Part shown: positions 18,370 to 27,626 of the stretch, piece after piece
Numbering within the stretch: position 1 is the first letter of the stretch
How the letters are laid out: every line of letters starts with the position of its first letter
IMG/VR virus record: IMGVR_UViG_3300042868_012782
Location: 1 to 64,000 of that record
Source of the DNA: a virus
DNA length: 64,000 bases
Direction: 5' to 3' (one strand)
Position numbers and translations under genes: made by a program
Notes under the pieces: model-generated
Told to the model about the DNA's origin: nothing
The model's database searches: none
Seen by the model: the letters and a program-made list of their open reading frames with translations, nothing else

Positions 18370-18734
18370 ATAGGGTCAGATTTCACCTGGCGCATGGGGA
18401 AAACTACATGCGGTGGCAGATCTCGCAGAAGGGCGGCGACACGAAGTATGTGTGTCCGCTCCAGTACCAAATAGTCATGAGGGGTTGCCGACTGCGCAAC
18501 CGGCGCAGCGCCGCCGAACAAATATATTGTGGCGCAAACAAAACTGTGTGCGCCTGGATTGAGTGCGATGAGGTTGAGATCGTCCCCCACAGTGGCGAGA
18601 CGAAAAATCAACTGGCGATCACCTACAATCCTCGGACGGCACCATATTGGGTGGACGAGGACAGTAACGCTGACGACAAAAGATATGCGGTATTGTTCAC
18701 GCAAGGGAGAGGAATTTTTAAGCTGGCGCACTGA
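18366..18734 (+). CDS. Hypothetical phage protein
   Basis: ATGA coupling; KTVCAWI...YNPRTAPYW. Confidence 0.8.
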   Translation: MNRVRFHLAHGENYMRWQISQKGGDTKYVCPLQYQIVMRGCRLRNRRSAAEQIYCGANKTVCAWIECDEVEIVPHSGETKNQLAITYNPRTAPYWVDEDSNADDKRYAVLFTQGRGIFKLAH

Positions 18735-18912
18735 ATTCTGTTCTGCTCGGTGCGAATGGTCAGAGTACACACATGAAAGGGGTGCATGATGACAGACAAG
18801 GAAATCGTTGAATTTCTCAGACGCGCTGCGCGCAACCCAGGGTCGTGGGACGTCCCAGGACTCCTGTTGGATGCCGCAGACAGGATCGAGAAAATTACAG
18901 TGGCGAAAGGCA

Positions 18913-19122
18913 ATGAGTTCAAGATGGAGATATTCAGTGAACGACCTAGCTAGCCTAATAGACGAAGCCTGCGGACGAAAAACAGGCAACGAAACCTGGA
19001 AGATTGCGGCTCTCCTGTCTGCACTGAACGCTGTTCTGAGGCGAGTGGATGCGCAGGGGATGGATGATGACGATGATGTTCTGAGTAATGCCCGGAAAGT
19101 TATTGAGCGAGTGGGAATGTAA
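18913..19122 (+). CDS. Hypothetical protein
   Basis: Operon context; start uncertain. Confidence 0.5.
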   Translation: MSSRWRYSVNDLASLIDEACGRKTGNETWKIAALLSALNAVLRRVDAQGMDDDDDVLSNARKVIERVGM

Positions 19123-19179
19123 TAGGATTGGATGCACAGGAATGTGGGGAAGAAACCCCACTCAACACAGGAGACAGTA

Positions 19180-19389
19180 ATGACAGATCTTGAAGCAGAT
19201 GTGCGACACCTGACCGACAACGCCCTCTCGGCGTTGGCCACCAATGCAGCAGACATTAAGATGCGGCTGCGGAGAGGCGAGGAGGTCGCCCAAGAGGAAA
19301 TCCAGGCGCTTTCCGCACTGGTCGCAACTGCCCTCGGGGCGTTTCAGTTGCGGAGCATTGTCGAATCATACGAGGGAGTTAACTCGTGA
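19180..19389 (+). CDS. Hypothetical protein
   Basis: AGGAG RBS. Confidence 0.7.
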   Translation: MTDLEADVRHLTDNALSALATNAADIKMRLRRGEEVAQEEIQALSALVATALGAFQLRSIVESYEGVNS

Positions 19390-19559
19390 ACCGTAGCCTC
19401 TCCCAGTACTGGGACGCGATGGGCGGCGATCCAGAGCTGGATCTGCTGAATAACGACGAAGAGCTGCTTCGGCGCGAGGCCGAGGCAGGGGGGGAGGAGA
19501 CGGAGGGGGCGACTCCCGAGGACAAAAAGATTTTCTGATCATTTACCAAGGAGGTTCTT

Positions 19560-19856
19560 ATGTGTGTGTTTTGCGACGAGTCGATTGAGATTGCCTTAAT
19601 GGCAATGGACGGATACAAGTTCATTCGCAGCAAGGGAGGCGTTCAGAGCAAGAGCGCTATTGTTGCAGCCATCCTGTGGAATGACATTTTTCAGGGGGGA
19701 ATTGATCAACGAGGCGTCATGCTAAAGGCATTTGAGGCAATGGTTATACATAGGATGATCCTGCCGTCTGGGGACGGCTGGGTGTGGAATGCGGAGTACA
19801 AACCGTCACCAGATGACGCATGGATCGAAGACGAAGAGTTCGTTGGTAAGGAGTAG
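19560..19856 (+). CDS. Hypothetical protein
   Basis: AGGAGG RBS. Confidence 0.75.
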   Translation: MCVFCDESIEIALMAMDGYKFIRSKGGVQSKSAIVAAILWNDIFQGGIDQRGVMLKAFEAMVIHRMILPSGDGWVWNAEYKPSPDDAWIEDEEFVGKE

Positions 19857-19859
19857 CCG

Positions 19860-20003
19860 ATGAATAGGATAGGATGCCTGCTGATCGCAGTCCTCTGTGG
19901 ATGCGCATCAACCCGACAGGAAGTCGCAATAAACCTACAGTTTGACCCAGCCATGCCTCAGAGGACTGGGAAGGTCGACATCATTGTGCATCTTGTGAAA
20001 TAG
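19860..20003 (+). CDS. Small putative lipoprotein (47 aa; not in ORF track)
   Basis: MNRIGCLLIAVLCG-C signal with lipobox-like LCGC; AAGGAG RBS. Confidence 0.6.
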   Translation: MNRIGCLLIAVLCGCASTRQEVAINLQFDPAMPQRTGKVDIIVHLVK

Positions 20004-20028
20004 ACATTCATTACCAGGAGGAACGCAT

Positions 20029-20208
20029 ATGAAAAAGGGTTTGTCTTTAACGCGCCGAGAAGGAGAAACATGCACTTGCAGTATTGGAGGCACGACAATG
20101 ATAATAGAGGTCGAGGCGATGGAAGGTAACCGCGTAAGGCTCAGGTTCGTGGCAGATCAGTCAGTCACGATTCTCAGAACAGAACTGGTAAGGGCGGGTG
20201 GGAAATGA
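20029..20208 (+). CDS. csrA: CsrA/RsmA-like carbon storage regulator (59 aa; not in ORF track)
   Basis: MKKGLSLTRREGETCTCSIGGTTMIIEVEAMEGNRVRLRFVADQSVTILRTEL matches the CsrA pattern LxLTRxxGE...GNxVRL...A..V.I.R.E; AGGAGG RBS. Confidence 0.8.
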   Translation: MKKGLSLTRREGETCTCSIGGTTMIIEVEAMEGNRVRLRFVADQSVTILRTELVRAGGK

Positions 20209-20278
20209 CTGCTCTCCTACTGCTGTATGCCTTTTGCATTGTCATGACCCAAAGAATCGTTAGGGAGGTCATTGAGTC

Positions 20279-20599
20279 ATGAGAGGAAGAAAACCCATCC
20301 AGGAGCTGACAGATAAGCAACGTACGGTATTGCGATTAATGATTAGCTTCGTTAGCCAGAACGGATTTCAGCCTACCCGCAAAGAACTTTCTGCGCGGGA
20401 AGGAACAACCCCCCATGCGGTTACGCAGAAGATATGGTCTCTTCAAGATAAGGGATTCTTGGTTGCTAGCGAGGGGGGCGGGGAGCGAAGCCTGACGATA
20501 CGCGGCATCAAATTCGAGCCGTGTATCGACCGGGATGGCCTAACCGAGGAGCAATGCCTAGAGCTTGAGGCAATCCTCCAAGAAATTTCCGACGATTAG
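20279..20599 (+). CDS. LexA-like N-terminal winged-HTH repressor, no peptidase domain
   Basis: LTDKQRTVL...NGFQPTRKEL...V...LQDKGFL. Confidence 0.8.
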   Translation: MRGRKPIQELTDKQRTVLRLMISFVSQNGFQPTRKELSAREGTTPHAVTQKIWSLQDKGFLVASEGGGERSLTIRGIKFEPCIDRDGLTEEQCLELEAILQEISDD

Positions 20600-21111
20600 G
20601 CGCCGACTTTGTTGCGCCAAATTTCAACTCCTGGTCCGGCTGCCCTGAACACTTGTGTTCCAAACAGTCGGACCACTGTTAAAATTTTAGAGGCCAACGC
20701 TGAAAAGGCTTTCTGGCCAGCGGGCGCATCTAGCGCCCCTGACCAAACCTCTTGTCCTGCAACGTGAGCCAGACCAACTTCAGTTAAATGTGCTGCTACT
20801 GGATAAAATACAATTCCACTTTTGTCAGGCCTATCTTCCTCAGACAACCAACCAAGCAACCACCCACAATTCCATTGGCCGCAAACATCAGGACGCAAGG
20901 GATCTGTCCATATTGAACAGCCACCACCACTTTTTCGGTGAGCGCAGTCGCAATATGACTCTTTAGATAGTTCTCTGACCTCGAGGACGTAGCAGCACGC
21001 ATCGCACTCGCTACACTTTCGTTCAAAGATTGTTGGAATGGGAATTTTTTTCATAAACACAACATCGGATTTTACAAACGGCTCCCCGGTTACTATAGTC
21101 TGTTCAGACAT
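20596..21111 (-). CDS. CxxCxxCC (YkgJ-like) Zn/Fe cysteine-cluster protein
   Basis: CSECDACC...C.H...GCSIW...RP.VC...C.W; the only clear minus-strand gene. Confidence 0.75.
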   Translation of the reverse strand: MSEQTIVTGEPFVKSDVVFMKKIPIPTIFERKCSECDACCYVLEVRELSKESYCDCAHRKSGGGCSIWTDPLRPDVCGQWNCGWLLGWLSEEDRPDKSGIVFYPVAAHLTEVGLAHVAGQEVWSGALDAPAGQKAFSALASKILTVVRLFGTQVFRAAGPGVEIWRNKVGA

Positions 21112-21687
21112 AGCCCCCGGCTGGGCAACTCCCGCATCCAGGAAGGCCGAGGCCGTTGGGTGCAGGTCGCTGGGATCGACCGTCGAGAAGTCCCCTTCAG
21201 ATTAGTTAATGACAATCTGTAGCTGATGCAGTGCCTGGTGAGGTTAAGAGGGATTCACGGCCAGGGCTGGGGAACGCCCCAGGCTGCTTTGGGATTGCCC
21301 ATCACAGGTGGGACCAAGGCGGTAAAAACGGTAAGTCCTGCGTCAAACCCCTGACTTTAGGTGGTTTCGCTGGGACCCCTCACGTCTACTAAGTAATATC
21401 AGGTCTACTATTCCGGCGGCTCGTAGGCCGACAACAGCCTTAAGTGGGCAGAAATCTGAATGATAATCAGCACCACACAACTGACAGCAGGCCATACAAT
21501 TGCGTCGACAAGAAGGCTCCCTTGTCAGCCAAACGCTCCAAGATTAACTCGCGGTAATAAATGTCGATACCTCCAATATCACGCAACAAAAGTAACTCAA
21601 GAAACACTAGAGTAAGGACATGAGATTGAATTAATCTCTACCGGTGTAAGCGACCATGTGGCTATATCGGAAGTGATGAGAAGTAAG

Positions 21688-22110
21688 ATGATTGAAAGGC
21701 GGGGAAATCTGTGGAGAGAATCGGGATGGAAGTTAATTCCTACAGGTGGTGTATTGCAGATGAGCAAAATTGGACCACGCCTGGTGATGGGGGAAGGATT
21801 TGCTGCTGAGGCACTACTTCAATATCCAGATATTGATAAAGTGTGGGGAGAACGCATTTGTCGTCATGGCAATATGCCTTACCCAATAAATGAAAAACTT
21901 TTGATAAATTTTCCAGTAAGACATCACAACTACGGATCGCTAGACTTAGCACTCATACGTGCGTCGTCGCAATGGATTGCTTCTTGGGCTTGCCGCACAG
22001 ATCCCGACGAGATTTTTGTTCCGATGATGGGCGGAAGATCCTGGAGACAGGTTAGGCCGCTGCTGGAAGGAATTCTTGATGACCGATTTGTTGTGTTGTC
22101 GCAAGTCTAA
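21688..22110 (+). CDS. Macro-domain-like (ADP-ribose binding/processing) phage protein, degenerate
   Basis: MIERRGNLW...VMGEGFA...NFPV...LIRAS...SWRQVRPLL..ILDDRF. Confidence 0.65.
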   Translation: MIERRGNLWRESGWKLIPTGGVLQMSKIGPRLVMGEGFAAEALLQYPDIDKVWGERICRHGNMPYPINEKLLINFPVRHHNYGSLDLALIRASSQWIASWACRTDPDEIFVPMMGGRSWRQVRPLLEGILDDRFVVLSQV

Positions 22111-22190
22111 GTTAGGTCAGCCGGACAGTCACTACCAATCATTAGTATGTCAAGGGACAATGTTCTTAGGTAGGGCGGGGTATTCAGTTA

Positions 22191-22681
22191 TGAACACAGC
22201 CGGAGCCGCCACAATGGATGCCACTGTCGAATATATGATCCGCAGCCACCTTTCGGATGTAGTAGAGGTGGAAAAAGCAGCGTGGACTATCAGCGATCCT
22301 GATTTTGGAGACTTCGTGTGCCCGCTTGCCTGGGGAGAAGACAGGTTCGTGTCGGAGGTCAGGCGGAAAAACACAGTGCTATTTGTGGTTCTTGAGGGCG
22401 ATCTGGTTGTTGGGTACGCTTGCGTTTCAAAAGAAAAAAATCGCAACACCAATACAATTGAGCGATTAGTTGTTCACCCGCAGTTCTGTAGGCGTGGACT
22501 AGGATCAGCGCTACTGCTTGATATCATGGCTAGGTCTAATTCAGTTAAATATCAATCCCAGGTGCGCGAACACGACGACACATCCATTGCGTTTTTTACA
22601 TCTCTCGGATGGACAGGTAAGTTTTCGCGAAATCTTTACGGACGAGACACAAACGGCATCGTTTTCTCTCAGCCACAATAG
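22191..22681 (+). CDS. GNAT acetyltransferase (RimI-like)
   Basis: VVGYA...IERLVVHPQFCRRGLGSALL acetyl-CoA motif; start uncertain. Confidence 0.85.
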
Positions 22682-22747
22682 CTTTATAAAGCTGCGGCTT
22701 GAACATATAATCCATTAAGGGAAAATATAATCTTTCCGGAAAAAACA

Positions 22748-24394
22748 ATGCGCTATCTGTCTGTTTGTTCGGGAATTGAAGCAGCAAGCACAGCGTGGCA
22801 CATCCTAGGATGGACGCCTGTTGCTTTTAGCGAGATTGAATCATTTCCGGCAGCAGTTCTTGCCCAGCGGTTTCCAGACGTTCCTAACTGGGGGGACATG
22901 ACCAAGTGGAGAGATTGGCCCGATGCAACAATTGAACTTCTCGTGGGAGGAACCCCATGCCAATCGTTCTCAGTCGCCGGACTCCGGCAGGGACTCAAAG
23001 ACGCACGCGGCGGACTCATGCTTGACTTTGTTGGGATCGCTAGACGTTACAGACCTAGATGGTTCATTTGGGAAAATGTCCCCGGCGTTTTATCATCCGG
23101 GGGAGGACGGGATTTTGGAACCCTCCTCGGGGCGATGGGGGACCTGGGGTATAAGCTCGCCTATAGGGTTCTTGACGCTCAGTGGGTCCGAACACAACAA
23201 TTTCCAAACGCAGTGCCCCAACGCAGACGACGTGTCTTCCTTATCGGATATCTTGGAGACAGGAATCGTGCAGCAGAGGTACTTTTTGAGCGCGAAAGCT
23301 TGCGCGGGAATCCTCCGGCGCGCCGAAAAACGAGGCAAGACTTTGCCAGAGATGTTGCACCGAGCCTTACTGGCAGTGGTAGAGGGGTCGAAAGAACAGG
23401 AGAAACCCGAGGACAAGATCCAGTAATTGGATGTTGGTGGAATGGTGATCGCATCAGTCAGACTCTTGATGCCGTACTAGCCAAAGGGCAGACAATGCCT
23501 GAAAAAAATAGATTTCCTGCTGTGCTTGTGCCAGCATCTGAGGTCGTCGAGCAAAGATGGCCTGCCGATGTCGCACCTACCCTACATGCAAAATTTGGCG
23601 ACAAGTTGGGGCTAGAAAATCAACACATTGACTCCAACGCAGGAGGAATGTTTGTACTAAGCAAAGCGCAATCGAATGTCTCTCAGGTGGCGCCAATTTT
23701 TCGAGCTGAAAGCACCATAATTTGTTTTGAGCCAGGCGTTGCTAGCCGCGATGGTGGACACACCTACTACGATGTTTGTGGCACCATCCGTAGTCAACCC
23801 GGCGACAACAGGATGACAGTAGCATTTCATCTAACGCAGGATCCTATCTGCAGCACGGAAGTCTGCCACTCGTTATCTTCTGGGACGAAAAATGGATGCT
23901 CAACTGCGGCAGCTATGTGCTACACCACCATTGAAGTTCGACACGCTGGCATTGACTGCGGTAAGGGCAAAGTCGAAGCAATCGCTATTCAGGATTCACG
24001 CGGTATCGACAAGATTCAGAATGGTAAGGGCTGGAACGAGGAAGGCTCAAGCTACACAGTGGACACCGTCGCCTCTCAAGGGGTAGCGATTTGCGCTACT
24101 GGGGAACGCACACATACACTGACAGGAAACGGGTTTGATGCCTCTGAAGACGGAACAGGGAGGGGGAATCCAATTGTCGCTCAGTCCATGGTCGTACGCC
24201 GACTAACCCCGTTAGAATGCGAGAGACTGCAGGGGTTTCCTGACGGACACACCGACATCTCGGTCAGGAATAAGCCAGCAGCAGACGCACCACGATACAA
24301 ATCTCTTGGCAATTCCATGGCGGTAAACTGCATGCAGTTTCTTGGAGAAAGAATAAATGCAGCAGATCAAAAAGCTAGGGAGCTACTAGAATGA
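22748..24394 (+). CDS. DNA cytosine-C5 methyltransferase with long variable region
   Basis: Motif I CSGIEA, IV GGTPCQSFS, VI ENVPG, VIII QRRRRVF, IX RRLTPLECERLQGFPD, X YKSLGNSMAV. Confidence 0.95.
   Translation: MRYLSVCSGIEAASTAWHILGWTPVAFSEIESFPAAVLAQRFPDVPNWGDMTKWRDWPDATIELLVGGTPCQSFSVAGLRQGLKDARGGLMLDFVGIARRYRPRWFIWENVPGVLSSGGGRDFGTLLGAMGDLGYKLAYRVLDAQWVRTQQFPNAVPQRRRRVFLIGYLGDRNRAAEVLFERESLRGNPPARRKTRQDFARDVAPSLTGSGRGVERTGETRGQDPVIGCWWNGDRISQTLDAVLAKGQTMPEKNRFPAVLVPASEVVEQRWPADVAPTLHAKFGDKLGLENQHIDSNAGGMFVLSKAQSNVSQVAPIFRAESTIICFEPGVASRDGGHTYYDVCGTIRSQPGDNRMTVAFHLTQDPICSTEVCHSLSSGTKNGCSTAAAMCYTTIEVRHAGIDCGKGKVEAIAIQDSRGIDKIQNGKGWNEEGSSYTVDTVASQGVAICATGERTHTLTGNGFDASEDGTGRGNPIVAQSMVVRRLTPLECERLQGFPDGHTDISVRNKPAADAPRYKSLGNSMAVNCMQFLGERINAADQKARELLE
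22923..23426 (+). CDS. Nested alternate-frame ORF inside the C5 MTase gene
   Basis: 167 aa with GGAG upstream; SLSDILETG..QRYFLSAKACAGILRRAEKRGK.LP. Confidence 0.55.
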   Translation: MQQLNFSWEEPHANRSQSPDSGRDSKTHAADSCLTLLGSLDVTDLDGSFGKMSPAFYHPGEDGILEPSSGRWGTWGISSPIGFLTLSGSEHNNFQTQCPNADDVSSLSDILETGIVQQRYFLSAKACAGILRRAEKRGKTLPEMLHRALLAVVEGSKEQEKPEDKIQ

Positions 24395-24597
24395 GCGCTA
24401 TTGAGCACCTCGAGGAAGCTAGTGCAACACTAGGTGATCTCCTGCGGATTGCCTCTGATCCTAATCTGAAAGCCAAGATCGCCCGTGCTTATGCCGACGT
24501 GTCGATTGCCTTGGTTAAGATTGTGGGGGACCAGGGGAGGTTGTGTCGTGTACAGACCATGGGTCGGGACGATGAAGCTTCAGCAAGCAGCAGATAA
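24391..24597 (+). CDS. Hypothetical protein
   Basis: ATGA coupling; GGGAG RBS. Confidence 0.65.
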   Translation: MSAIEHLEEASATLGDLLRIASDPNLKAKIARAYADVSIALVKIVGDQGRLCRVQTMGRDDEASASSR

Positions 24598-24826
24598 GGC
24601 AGCCAGCCGAGACATTCTTCAGACACTAGAGATTACCATTGAGGATTCCGGAGAAGGCCACTACGCAATCCTTAAGACCGGACGATGGGCAATCAGGGCA
24701 AATGAATTGCTGGGCTTGGCTCGGTATCTTAAGGGACTCTGTGTGGACGCAGACAAATCCATTGATGAAGCCATGGAGCAAGTCGATTTTCCAGGCTCCG
24801 ATCTGCTTTCAGGAGTATCAGAGTGA
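24572..24826 (+). CDS. Hypothetical protein
   Basis: Operon context. Confidence 0.6.
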   Translation: MKLQQAADKAASRDILQTLEITIEDSGEGHYAILKTGRWAIRANELLGLARYLKGLCVDADKSIDEAMEQVDFPGSDLLSGVSE

Positions 24827-24939
24827 CCCACATATTAATTTTTCTCATTGTCTTTCCTTTAGCATACGGTTTAGCCGAAGTTTTTTCTGGACGACTAAGC
24901 GACGACGGTCGAGATGTCGACCTAGTGGAGGATTGAACC

Positions 24940-25143
24940 ATGGCTCATATCGTTAAACCTGGGCACCTAAGACCAACAGTATTCCGCGGACGGTGTCCGA
25001 CATGCAGGGCTGTCATCGAGGCTGATCGAACTGAGCTAACATGTGAGACCTGTCCACGAGAAGGATACGAGTTTTCTCATTTCTCATGCTTACAATGCGA
25101 TGGGCGAATGGTGCTTTACCCGCGGAAAGACAAGAGTATTTGA
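24940..25143 (+). CDS. Small zinc-ribbon protein
   Basis: CPTC...CLQC; GGAGG RBS. Confidence 0.7.
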   Translation: MAHIVKPGHLRPTVFRGRCPTCRAVIEADRTELTCETCPREGYEFSHFSCLQCDGRMVLYPRKDKSI

Positions 25144-25144
25144 C

Positions 25145-25450
25145 ATGGGCGACGACATACTGAATGACATTGAGATTTCGCACTGCGACAATCGTGACAG
25201 AACTCACTGGGATGGATGCGCTGCGACCCATATTGAGTGTGCTGTTACCTATCTGGTTAAGCGAGCTAGGTCTGCCGAGGCGCGGGTATGGAAATTGGAG
25301 ATTGAGATAGACAGACTGCAAACTTCTATCCGCAATACTGTCTTGCAAATGTCCGCAAAAACCAAGGTCTCACCCCAAGAGTGGCTTGACTGGGGCAGAC
25401 TTGTACTGGGTGAGGATTTATCCAATGGAAACCCTAGTTGTCCTCGCTAA
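25145..25450 (+). CDS. Hypothetical protein
   Basis: Operon context. Confidence 0.6.
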   Translation: MGDDILNDIEISHCDNRDRTHWDGCAATHIECAVTYLVKRARSAEARVWKLEIEIDRLQTSIRNTVLQMSAKTKVSPQEWLDWGRLVLGEDLSNGNPSCPR

Positions 25451-25994
25451 AATCATCTTCTGGATATCGGTCGCCAGCAACCATTACCAGTGGATGCGCC
25501 CTCTACTTAATAATGTGACAATATATAACTTTGTTCGAGCCGAAGCATTCGCTAAGGGATACTTCTATCCGTGGGAAGCAGCGCCTGGTCCTTCGATCCT
25601 AGCTGACCTTCACTACGCTATCCAGTCTTGCCGCGATGATCCTCCAGAGGATCTGCTCTACCTGCATCTCTACGTCAGGACATGCCCAGAAGCCAGGGGC
25701 GGGACATTTTACTGGTGTCATCTAGAATTAAACCGTCAGTTCAGATCGCACTGCGAAGCCCAGGAGACTTTGGGGGGACATCATGCTGCAGTGTGGTCTT
25801 CCGTTCGCAAAGAAGCAGAATTCCTCCATGGTATCTATTTAGCTCTAGACATGCTATCAAGTGAGAACGTGTGTCTTTATAGACGCAGGCAGCATTTGGC
25901 TTTCGTTCGTCGCAGCCTAGGGGACAAGTTGTTTGAGTTGGGATACGTACCTCCGGTCGTTCCAGTTCATAGGTTCACCCGCATCGACCCTTAA
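25425..25994 (+). CDS. Hypothetical protein
   Basis: GAGG RBS; 189 aa. Confidence 0.7.
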   Translation: METLVVLAKIIFWISVASNHYQWMRPLLNNVTIYNFVRAEAFAKGYFYPWEAAPGPSILADLHYAIQSCRDDPPEDLLYLHLYVRTCPEARGGTFYWCHLELNRQFRSHCEAQETLGGHHAAVWSSVRKEAEFLHGIYLALDMLSSENVCLYRRRQHLAFVRRSLGDKLFELGYVPPVVPVHRFTRIDP

Positions 25995-26062
25995 TGAGCT
26001 TGATTTATAGTCTCTCGACAACTATCAAATACTTGTTCGCTTTCACATACTAGGAGGGTACA

Positions 26063-26323
26063 GTGATGATGAGCTTTGTCTTGTGCGCGATCTTGACTTT
26101 GGGAGCTTCCAACGGCACCGCCCAGGGCGCTGCTGAAATTCAGGCGTCTAGGGGACGGATGTCTCATGTCGGGGGCAACAGGGGGTACGAGGGGGTGGGA
26201 TTTTCCACATCCAGTGCCCAGGCCGCCATCCGGAACTGCTGCTATTGGGGCAGGAAGACACCAGTAGACATCGGCGTTTGCCGCGGCCGCAATGGCTGGT
26301 ATGCGTGCGTTCGATACCGATGA
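26063..26323 (+). CDS. Small secreted protein, minimal CAP/SCP-like
   Basis: Signal peptide; MSH.GG...EGVG...CCYWG...IGV.RG..GWYAC. Confidence 0.7.
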   Translation: MMMSFVLCAILTLGASNGTAQGAAEIQASRGRMSHVGGNRGYEGVGFSTSSAQAAIRNCCYWGRKTPVDIGVCRGRNGWYACVRYR

Positions 26324-26512
26324 TTTGGAGCAATTTATGATGCAGTTTTTGTATTTAGAGTTCTGGTGGGCGATTCATAATCTCGTCGCCCACCCATTGT
26401 CCCAGTTGGCCTGGTGGGCAAGCCTTTTTGGAACAATTAAGTGCCTGGCTTTTTTTAGCGAATGGGTACACGACTGGACTGTCCCTATTCACGACGAAGA
26501 TGGTGGCAGAGG

Positions 26513-26716
26513 ATGAGCATGAATTACTCTGTTACTATCATCAGGACGCAAAAATATCTTGTCGAGGTTACCTCTGGCAATCGATACGATGCGCTTTTCG
26601 AGGCCGAAGCGCTTGTGGCAGAGGATCCATTTAAATACGAAGCGGAAGCTAGTACCGTTTCAGTGGTAAAAAATCAGTGTAGTCCAGGCTATGAATGGGT
26701 AAACAAGCATGAGTGA
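26513..26716 (+). CDS. DpnD/PcfM-like small protein
   Basis: YSVTIIRTQKYLVEVTSGNRYDAL. Confidence 0.6.
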   Translation: MSMNYSVTIIRTQKYLVEVTSGNRYDALFEAEALVAEDPFKYEAEASTVSVVKNQCSPGYEWVNKHE

Positions 26717-26871
26717 AGAAGAATGGGAACAACAACCAACCTCGCTGTTGTTGTCGACGCTTGCCTTTGGTTTTTTCTGCTGTATCGCTTCGGGAATGAT
26801 GGCTGCTTTTTTGTATTGTTTTTGCTTGCTTATTGAAGTGGTCATAATCGCTTTCTCTTGAGTTAAGAATT

Positions 26872-27063
26872 ATGACAATTTCAACGCATGTTAACGCAAT
26901 CATTTCTCTTGCTCAGGGACTCGATAAGAATTGGGCGTCAACTTCCGGAATGGTGAAAGTCACTTATCTTTCTCTGATTCAGAAGTGGGCCAGACAGCTT
27001 GAAGAGATTGCTGTGTCCGAAATTAAAGCGCTAAAACCAGTCAGGAAAGTCAGGAAGGAATAA
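26872..27063 (+). CDS. Hypothetical protein
   Basis: Operon context. Confidence 0.55.
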   Translation: MTISTHVNAIISLAQGLDKNWASTSGMVKVTYLSLIQKWARQLEEIAVSEIKALKPVRKVRKE

Positions 27064-27066
27064 GAC

Positions 27067-27315
27067 ATGGCCAAGACTGAGCACGACGGCAGGATTAAGT
27101 TGACGATTGAGCAATTGATTTTAATTCTTCGTAGCTCCGACGAATCGAAAAGTTTGGAGCAGCACTTAGAAGATATTCAAAAGGCCGACCTAACGTCCAG
27201 CTCAATCATAGAAAATCTCGGTGGATATCGGCAAATGTCAAAATTGATGCCTCTTATTCAAAAAAAGATTGAGGGTGGGGAGTCGCCTTATGCTGGAGAC
27301 GCACTCAATGACTGA
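27067..27315 (+). CDS. Hypothetical protein
   Basis: Operon context. Confidence 0.65.
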   Translation: MAKTEHDGRIKLTIEQLILILRSSDESKSLEQHLEDIQKADLTSSSIIENLGGYRQMSKLMPLIQKKIEGGESPYAGDALND

Positions 27316-27625
27316 GATAGTATGGATTATTTTGACTGTAGTCTTGACTAGCGTCTTAGTTTTGTTTTTTACCAGGCCCGTAAAACATGTTAAAAATAAT
27401 TGTATTCGTGATATTTGGCTGGTTTGTGAGTCAGACGGAATAAAAGTCAAAGTCGTATTGGACGGATTTGATGAGTGGATAACGGTAATATCGGAAAACA
27501 AATGCTACGACATAGACGGCTCACCGTCTTTGATTTCTCACACGATTAATATTCGCAACCTGCCTACGGGCGGGTTAGTGTATTTTGATGGGGCGATTCC
27601 GTCGACAGAAGTTAAGGAGCGATGA
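27308..27625 (+). CDS. Membrane-anchored hypothetical protein
   Basis: N-terminal hydrophobic helix. Confidence 0.65.
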   Translation: MTEIVWIILTVVLTSVLVLFFTRPVKHVKNNCIRDIWLVCESDGIKVKVVLDGFDEWITVISENKCYDIDGSPSLISHTINIRNLPTGGLVYFDGAIPSTEVKER

Positions 27626-27626
27626 C

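Noticed and set aside
18030-19256. 408-aa minus-strand ORF
   Set aside because: Antisense shadow of Gp157 and its neighbours.
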